From an uncultured delta proteobacterium (GTDB taxonomy: Bacteria; Myxococcota; UBA727; VGSZ01), in contig CAVZJB010000004.1 of the NCBI GenBank assembly GCA_963775425.1, forward strand, positions 256,001 through 320,000: a stretch of DNA of 64,000 nt, written 5' to 3'. The notes beneath the pieces were generated by a model. The model was not told the DNA's origin. It worked only from the letters and a program-made list of their open reading frames with translations, and searched no databases. Position 1 is the stretch's first letter. Each line of letters starts with the position of its first letter. Both the position numbers and the translations under genes were made by a program. This document shows positions 58,200-64,000 of the stretch, piece after piece.

Positions 58200-59077
58200 A
58201 GCGCCACACCGCGGCCCGCCTCGCGGGCGTCCTCGACGACATCGGCCCCGCCGCCGTCGCGGTCTCCGGCGGCGTCGACTCGCTGACCCTCATGGCGTTC
58301 GCCCACCGCGCAGCGCTCGAGGCGCCGACGCGGGCGGGCCGTGAGCGGGGCGGCAGCCAGGCGATCGAGCCAAGCGGCTCGCTGCCGTCGCAGATCGGCG
58401 ACGGCGTACCCCACGCGTTCCACGCCGTGTCGGCCGCCGTGCCGCCGGCGGCGACGGCGCGGGTGAGGGACCTCGCGGCGCAGTTCGGTTGGCGGCTCGA
58501 CGTCATCGACGCCGGGGAGACGCAGGACCCCGAGTACCTCGCGAACCGCGTCGACCGCTGCCGCGTGTGCAAGTCCCACCTCTACGACACCGTCTCGGCG
58601 GCGACCGACCGGATCGTCGTGAGCGGGACCAACGTCGACGACCTCGACGACTACCGCCCCGGCCTCGTCGCCGCCGCCGCCCGCGGCGTTCGGCACCCCT
58701 TCGTCGAAGCGGGGCTCGACAAGGCAGACGTGCGCGCGCTGGCGGAGAGCCTCGGGCTCCCCTCGGTGGCGGCGCTGCCGGCGCAGCCGTGTCTGTCGTC
58801 GCGCATCGAGACCGGCGTGCGCATCGAGCCCGCGTTGCTCGCGCTGGTGAACGACGTCGAGGAGGCGGCCCGCGCGAAGCTCGGCGCCGGCAACACCGTG
58901 CGCTGCCGCGTGCGCAAGAGCGGCGTGGTCCTCGAGCTCGACGCCGCCGTGCTCGCGGCGCTCGACGAGGAGGCGCGACGCGCGCTCGTCGCCGCCGCCG
59001 CCGCCCGCGCAGGCCGCGACGTCACCCTCGCCCCCTACCGCATGGGCGGCGCCTTCCTCCGCGTCCTCGACACCTGA
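58196..59077 (+). CDS. larE: LarE-like PP-loop sulfur transferase
   Basis: GTGA overlap; SGGVDS, RCRVCK, GTNVDDLDDYRPG, PCLSSRI. Confidence 0.88.
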   Translation: MKRHTAARLAGVLDDIGPAAVAVSGGVDSLTLMAFAHRAALEAPTRAGRERGGSQAIEPSGSLPSQIGDGVPHAFHAVSAAVPPAATARVRDLAAQFGWRLDVIDAGETQDPEYLANRVDRCRVCKSHLYDTVSAATDRIVVSGTNVDDLDDYRPGLVAAAARGVRHPFVEAGLDKADVRALAESLGLPSVAALPAQPCLSSRIETGVRIEPALLALVNDVEEAARAKLGAGNTVRCRVRKSGVVLELDAAVLAALDEEARRALVAAAAARAGRDVTLAPYRMGGAFLRVLDT

Positions 59078-59087
59078 CCCGCGAGAG

Positions 59088-60359
59088 TCAGTGCCGGGCG
59101 ACGACGCCGCCGGTGCGGGCGTCTTCGGGGTGCAGGTTGAAGTAGCGCTTGAGCGTGAGCTTGGCGATGTCGAGCGCGCGCGCGTACCACTCCCACTCGT
59201 CGTTCACCATGGCGACGGCGATCGCGATCTTGGGATCGTGCGCCGGCGCGGTGCCGACGAACCAGGTGTAGTCGAGGCCGCCGGTGCCGGGGCGGCCCCG
59301 GTGGTCGGTCAACGTGCCGGTCTTTCCGGCGACGGCGACGGTGGTGAACGGCCGATAGCCGCGCTCCGTCGTAGAGAACGCGCGCGCGGCGGTGCCGTGG
59401 TCCACGGTGGCCGTCATCATCTCCTGCAGCGCGGTGGCCGTGTCCTCGTCGACGACGCGCACGGCCTCGATGCGATCGGGCGCCTCCTCGCCCTCCACCG
59501 AGGCGATGAGGTGCGGCGGCACGAGCACGCCGCCGTTGCCGGCGATGGCGGCGAGCACCGCTCCGTGAAGCGCCGAGAGCTTCACATCGCCGAAGCCCGC
59601 GGCGGTCTTGGCGAAGGCGAACTCGTCGCCGGTGGGGATGTCCGCGTGCGACGGCACCACCTCGAAGTCGACCGGCAGCGCGCGGTCGAAGAAGAAGCGC
59701 GTGGCCTCCGCGCGCAGCAGCTCGGGCGTCAGGTGGCGCGCGGCCAGCTTGGCCATGGCGACGTTGCGCGAGTACGGGAGCACGTCGGCGAACTTCAGGC
59801 AGCGGCCGCCGCCCGAGTGGAGGTTCTCCGGCTTGAGCCGCGTCTTGCCTCCTGCGCCGCAGACCTCCTCCGAGAGCGAGACGCCTTGTCGCAACAGCGC
59901 CGCCGCCGAGATGATCTTGAAGACGCTCGCCGCCTTGGCGAGCGGGCGGGTGCCTTCGCCCGCCATGCCGGGCTCGCGCTCGGAGTGCTCCGCGAGGGCG
60001 ATGATGGCGCCCGTCTTGATGTCGAACACCACGCTCGCGCCCCACTGCGGCCGGGTCAGGCGGAGGTCGTTTTCCAGCGGCTCCTGCAGCGCCGGCTCCA
60101 GCGTCAACGTCGCCGTGCCGTTGCCGAACGGCGCCTTGTAGACGTGCGCCGCGTCGTCGAGGCGGAACGCGCCGAGCGTGGGCGGGAGCGGGACGGCGAG
60201 CGCGTACGCGCCCGGCGCGCGATACGCGCCGAAGCCCGCAGGCAGCGAGGGCTCCGCCTGGGGCGCGCACCCGCCGACGAGCGCCCCCGCGAGGACGGTG
60301 CCCGCGAGCACGTGCGCGACCAGGGATGTGCGGGAGAGGCGGTCCACGTCGAGCATCAT
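59088..60359 (-). CDS. Stand-alone penicillin-binding transpeptidase-domain protein, putative lipoprotein
   Basis: SVFK, SRN and KTG motifs; leader ending VGGC; no obvious pedestal or glycosyltransferase domain. Confidence 0.85.
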   Translation of the reverse strand: MMLDVDRLSRTSLVAHVLAGTVLAGALVGGCAPQAEPSLPAGFGAYRAPGAYALAVPLPPTLGAFRLDDAAHVYKAPFGNGTATLTLEPALQEPLENDLRLTRPQWGASVVFDIKTGAIIALAEHSEREPGMAGEGTRPLAKAASVFKIISAAALLRQGVSLSEEVCGAGGKTRLKPENLHSGGGRCLKFADVLPYSRNVAMAKLAARHLTPELLRAEATRFFFDRALPVDFEVVPSHADIPTGDEFAFAKTAAGFGDVKLSALHGAVLAAIAGNGGVLVPPHLIASVEGEEAPDRIEAVRVVDEDTATALQEMMTATVDHGTAARAFSTTERGYRPFTTVAVAGKTGTLTDHRGRPGTGGLDYTWFVGTAPAHDPKIAIAVAMVNDEWEWYARALDIAKLTLKRYFNLHPEDARTGGVVARH

Positions 60360-60455
60360 GCCGAATGGGCGCCCGCCGCGCCATCCCGTCCCGGCGGGCG
60401 CACCGCCGTCCGACGGGCGAGACGGCACGCTCGATTCCGTGGGAGTGTCGCGCGC

Positions 60456-62606
60456 ATGGTGAAGTGTCTCGCCACCCTCCTCCTCGTCGCCGGTGCCGCC
60501 GGCCCCACCTCGACGTCCCCGACGCGCGGCGTCGCCCGCAGCACGTGGGCGGCGGCCGAGCGCGCAACTTGCAGTGAGAGGCCCGCGCCGGCGCCCGTGC
60601 TCGTGGAGAAACCCGTGGATCCCAAGCCCGTCATCGCCGCGCTCGTGGAGAAATTCGGTGCCTCCCAGCGAGCGCGGATCACGCGCGGGGTGACGCAGGT
60701 GGCGTCGCTGTGGCGGGCGAGCGACGGCGACATGCAGGCCTTCTGCCTCGAGCAGTTCATCGCGGACGCCCAGACGCTCGACGCCACCTTCGACCGCTTC
60801 GAGAGCACCTTCGAGCAGATCGACGGACACTTCCTCGAGATCGGACGGGCATCGCGCTGGGCGCAGGACGTCGACGTCGGGCCCCTGTTGCCGGTGGACG
60901 AGCGCTTCGCCGCCTGGGACGCGAGCGCCCACGTCCTCGACGACATGTTCGACACCCGGATCGCGTTCATCGCCCTGTTGAACTTCCCGCTCAGCACGCT
61001 CGACGAGCGGATCAAGGACGGCGCAACGTGGACGCGGCGGCAGTGGGCGGAGGCGCGCCTCACCAACCGCTTCGCGCGCAGGGTCCCGGCCGAGGTGAAC
61101 AAGAAGGCGGCGGAGACGGCGCAGGCGGCCGACAAGTACATCAACACCTACTACCTGTGGCTGCACCACGTGCTCGACGCCGACGGGCACCGCGTCTTCC
61201 CCAAGGGGAAGCACATGATCTCGCATTGGAACCTGCGTGACGAGCTCAAGGCGCAGTATGCCAACGGCGCCGACGGCGCCAATCGTCAGCGCGTCATCGT
61301 CAAGCTGATGGAGCGCATCGTCACGCAGACCATCCCGGCCGACGTCGTGAACAACCCCCGCCTCGACTACAACCCGTTCACGGGCTCGGTCACGCCGTCG
61401 CCGCCCGGGGAGATTGAGACGGAGGCGCGGCCGCCCGAGCGCGCGCACGTCGAGGGGCGCGAGCCCGATACGCGTTACGCCGAGCTGCTCGCGCAGTTCG
61501 AAGCGTACAAGGCCGCGGACCCGTACTCGCCCACCATGCCCACCGCCATCCAGCGCGCGTTCGAGCTCGGGCGTGAGATGCCCGAGGCGCGCGTGAAGAA
61601 GCTCCTCGAGGACGTGCTGTCGTCGCCGCTGGTGCCCAAGGTCGCCGCGGAGATCAAGCGGCGCCTCGGGCGGCCGCTCGAGCCGCAGGACCTCTGGTAC
61701 GACGGCTTCAAGGCGCGCTCGTCCATCTCCGAGGACAAGCTCGACGCCATCACCAAGAAGCGCTACCCGAACGCCGAAGCGTACCGAAAGGACATGCCGC
61801 GCATCTTCGAGAAGCTCGGCTTCACGCGGCACAAGGCCAAGGAGCTGGCGGCGCACATCCTCGTCGACCCCGCGCGCGGCCCCGGCCACGCGATGCAGGC
61901 CGCGCGGCGCGGCGACCTCCCGCACCTGCGCACGCGCATCGAGCCGAGCGGCATGACGTACAAGGGCTTCAACATCGCGGTCCACGAGATGGGCCACAAC
62001 GTCGAGCAATATTTCTCACTGTACGAGGTGGACCACACGCTGCTCGCGGGCGTCCCCAACAACGCGTTCACCGAGGCCATCGCCTTCGTGTTCCAGGCGC
62101 GCGACCTGGAGCTCCTCGGCATCAAGGACAAGGACGCCGCCGTCACGCAGCGCGAGAAGACCCTCTCCGACTTCTGGTCGACGTACGAGATCGCCGGCGT
62201 CGCGCTCGTCGACGTCGCCGTATGGCATTGGATGTACGAGCACCCGAAGGCCACGCCGGCCGAGCTGCGCGACGCCGTCAACAGCATCGCCGTCGACACC
62301 TGGCGCAAGTACTACGCGCCGGTGCTCGGCGGCGGCGACTCGCCGCTGCTCGGCATCTACTCGCACATGATCGCGTACCCGCTCTATCTCGCCGACTATC
62401 CGCTCGGGTACCTCATCGCGTTTCAGATCGGCGAACAGATCGACACCGCGCGCAAGCACGGCAAGCGCTTCGGCGACGAGATCGAGCGCATCGCCAGGTT
62501 CGGCAACGTCGCCCCCGACCTGTGGATGGAGCACGCTTCGGGCAAGCCGGTCACGGCGGAGCCGATGCTCCACGCGGTGGAGCGGGCGCTCGCGTCGCTG
62601 CACTGA
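60456..62606 (+). CDS. Secreted zincin metallopeptidase-like protein (M3-like)
   Basis: Signal peptide; HEMGH plus downstream FTEAIA; GPGHA; YLADYPLG. Confidence 0.78.
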   Translation: MVKCLATLLLVAGAAGPTSTSPTRGVARSTWAAAERATCSERPAPAPVLVEKPVDPKPVIAALVEKFGASQRARITRGVTQVASLWRASDGDMQAFCLEQFIADAQTLDATFDRFESTFEQIDGHFLEIGRASRWAQDVDVGPLLPVDERFAAWDASAHVLDDMFDTRIAFIALLNFPLSTLDERIKDGATWTRRQWAEARLTNRFARRVPAEVNKKAAETAQAADKYINTYYLWLHHVLDADGHRVFPKGKHMISHWNLRDELKAQYANGADGANRQRVIVKLMERIVTQTIPADVVNNPRLDYNPFTGSVTPSPPGEIETEARPPERAHVEGREPDTRYAELLAQFEAYKAADPYSPTMPTAIQRAFELGREMPEARVKKLLEDVLSSPLVPKVAAEIKRRLGRPLEPQDLWYDGFKARSSISEDKLDAITKKRYPNAEAYRKDMPRIFEKLGFTRHKAKELAAHILVDPARGPGHAMQAARRGDLPHLRTRIEPSGMTYKGFNIAVHEMGHNVEQYFSLYEVDHTLLAGVPNNAFTEAIAFVFQARDLELLGIKDKDAAVTQREKTLSDFWSTYEIAGVALVDVAVWHWMYEHPKATPAELRDAVNSIAVDTWRKYYAPVLGGGDSPLLGIYSHMIAYPLYLADYPLGYLIAFQIGEQIDTARKHGKRFGDEIERIARFGNVAPDLWMEHASGKPVTAEPMLHAVERALASLH

Positions 62607-62662
62607 AGACACGCGTCGGCGACGGAGGGAGCGGCGCGCCCGTCAGGGATGGCAGCGCTGAC

Positions 62663-63805
62663 TCAGCGCCGGGCTTCGAGGCGCTGGAGCATCTTGGCGT
62701 AGGACAAGAGCGCCTCCGACGGGGTCAGCGGATGATCGTCGATGGTGTCCTCGACGAGCGGCAGCGGCGCCGCCGCCGGCTCCTCCGGCTCCACCTCTTC
62801 GAGCAACAGCGGCGCGTCGGCGACGGTGCAGGCGACGTCGGCGACGCCGGTGGTCTGCAGGCGGGCCTCTTCGCCGAAGATCGCGACGGCGCGCGCCATC
62901 AGGCTCTTTTCGTCGACGCCCACGCCGTCGGATGGCGGGCCGACGGCCTTGGCGACGGCGGTGGCGGCGAGGGCGTCCACCTCGGCGGCGGGCGCGATTT
63001 GCTTTTCGAGCATCGCGAACAGCGCGGCGGCGTCGCGCGCGCGGCGCGGGCGCTCGTCGGGGCGGAGCCGCAGGAGCTGTGCGATGGCGCGCTGCATACG
63101 GCCGTCGACGATCTCGCCGACCTCGAGCAGCATCGCCTTGCCGGAGATGATGGCGTGGATGGCGGCGGCGGCCGCGCCCTTGAGCGCCTCTCTGCCGCGA
63201 AGCCCCTCCCACAACACGATGCCGAGCGACCACAGGTCGGTCTGCGCCGAGTGCTCACCGTCGCCGAACAGCTCCGGCGCGAGGTAGCGCAGCGTGCCGC
63301 GCACGCTGCCCGTGTCGGTGCGCTCGGCGCGCGACTCGCGCGAGCGCGCGATGCCGAGATCGATGAGGCGCGCCTTGCCATCGTGGCCGAGCATCACGTT
63401 GCTGGCGGTGACGTCGCGATGGAGCATGAAGAGCGGGCGCCCGTGCTCGTCGGTGGCGTGGTGGATGGCGTCGAGCGCCTCGGCGATCTGGCGGCCGACG
63501 CGACAGACCACGCCGGGCGGCAGGGGCCCGCTCTTGCGCAGGTCGAAGAGCGACGCGCCGGAGACGTACGCGGTCACCAGCGCCGGCCGGCCGGCGACGT
63601 CGATGAGATCGAGCGTCTCGACGATGTGCGGGTGCAGCAGCCGCATTCCGACGCGCGCTTCGTCGCGCAGCCGCTCGTCGTCCTCGCGCGCGTGCGCCTG
63701 CTTGATGACGACGAGCTGGCCAGCCAAAGAACGCGCGAGCGTCAAGCGGCCCATGCCGCCGGACGAGAGATCGCCGATCACATCGTATTTGCCCGCGATC
63801 CGCAT
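62663..63805 (-). CDS. Ser/Thr protein kinase
   Basis: SGGMG, VIK, HRDVTASN, DLG, GTLRYLAPE. Confidence 0.9.
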   Translation of the reverse strand: MRIAGKYDVIGDLSSGGMGRLTLARSLAGQLVVIKQAHAREDDERLRDEARVGMRLLHPHIVETLDLIDVAGRPALVTAYVSGASLFDLRKSGPLPPGVVCRVGRQIAEALDAIHHATDEHGRPLFMLHRDVTASNVMLGHDGKARLIDLGIARSRESRAERTDTGSVRGTLRYLAPELFGDGEHSAQTDLWSLGIVLWEGLRGREALKGAAAAAIHAIISGKAMLLEVGEIVDGRMQRAIAQLLRLRPDERPRRARDAAALFAMLEKQIAPAAEVDALAATAVAKAVGPPSDGVGVDEKSLMARAVAIFGEEARLQTTGVADVACTVADAPLLLEEVEPEEPAAAPLPLVEDTIDDHPLTPSEALLSYAKMLQRLEARR

Positions 63806-63956
63806 CTTGTTGAACGCTAACGGTCCGCGCGCGACCTTGCTCCTCGCGAGACACCTCTTCCGTCACAATTGCGACCGGAGCGAGCCGCCTCGGTCGAATT
63901 GACGATCGCGTGAGACACCCGCGCACATCCGCGTAGGCCTCCGCGGCGGCGGTGGC

Positions 63957-64000
63957 TCAGCCGCGGAGCCGCGCGATGTCGACGACGATGAACAGGCCCG
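63957..64000 (-). CDS. 3' end of a gene entering from the right edge
   Basis: Minus strand reads GLFIVVDIARLRG-stop; too short to assign. Confidence 0.35.
   Translation of the reverse strand, partial: GLFIVVDIARLRG

Overview
Very GC-rich bacterial chromosomal window, most likely Myxococcota or a related deltaproteobacterium (mglBA, TPR clusters, Cys-rich lipoproteins, a MYXO-CTERM-like tail, Ser/Thr kinases). About 50 genes can be supported: ybaB-sthA-recR-mglB-mglA followed by secreted TPR proteins; FHA protein-uvrC-kinase; a two-component system with TolC/MFP/RND efflux; metH; a NadD-like/NAD kinase fusion; a ClC-CBS channel; a helical-repeat/EF-hand-scramblase/TPR cluster; gph-argD-degenerate CpaF-mlaF-PHB depolymerase; an AmpG-like MFS; XRE-cupin, two acyl-CoA dehydrogenases and an ALDH; prfC; a PA0069-type radical SAM; larC-larE; a transpeptidase; a zincin peptidase. 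No rRNA, tRNA or CRISPR array was seen. The best leads are: two inverted copies of a deleted DDE-transposase element whose structured non-coding end is almost identical around a variable core; two +1 frameshifts in the same GAGATTCTG context; an exact match to the Myxococcus LexA box in front of the radical SAM gene; two intergenic tandem arrays of palindromic units; the NadD-NadK fusion; the EF-hand scramblase; and a pseudo-ATPase. All calls come from reading motifs by eye. No database search was run, and starts inside long ORF-track entries were reassigned manually.
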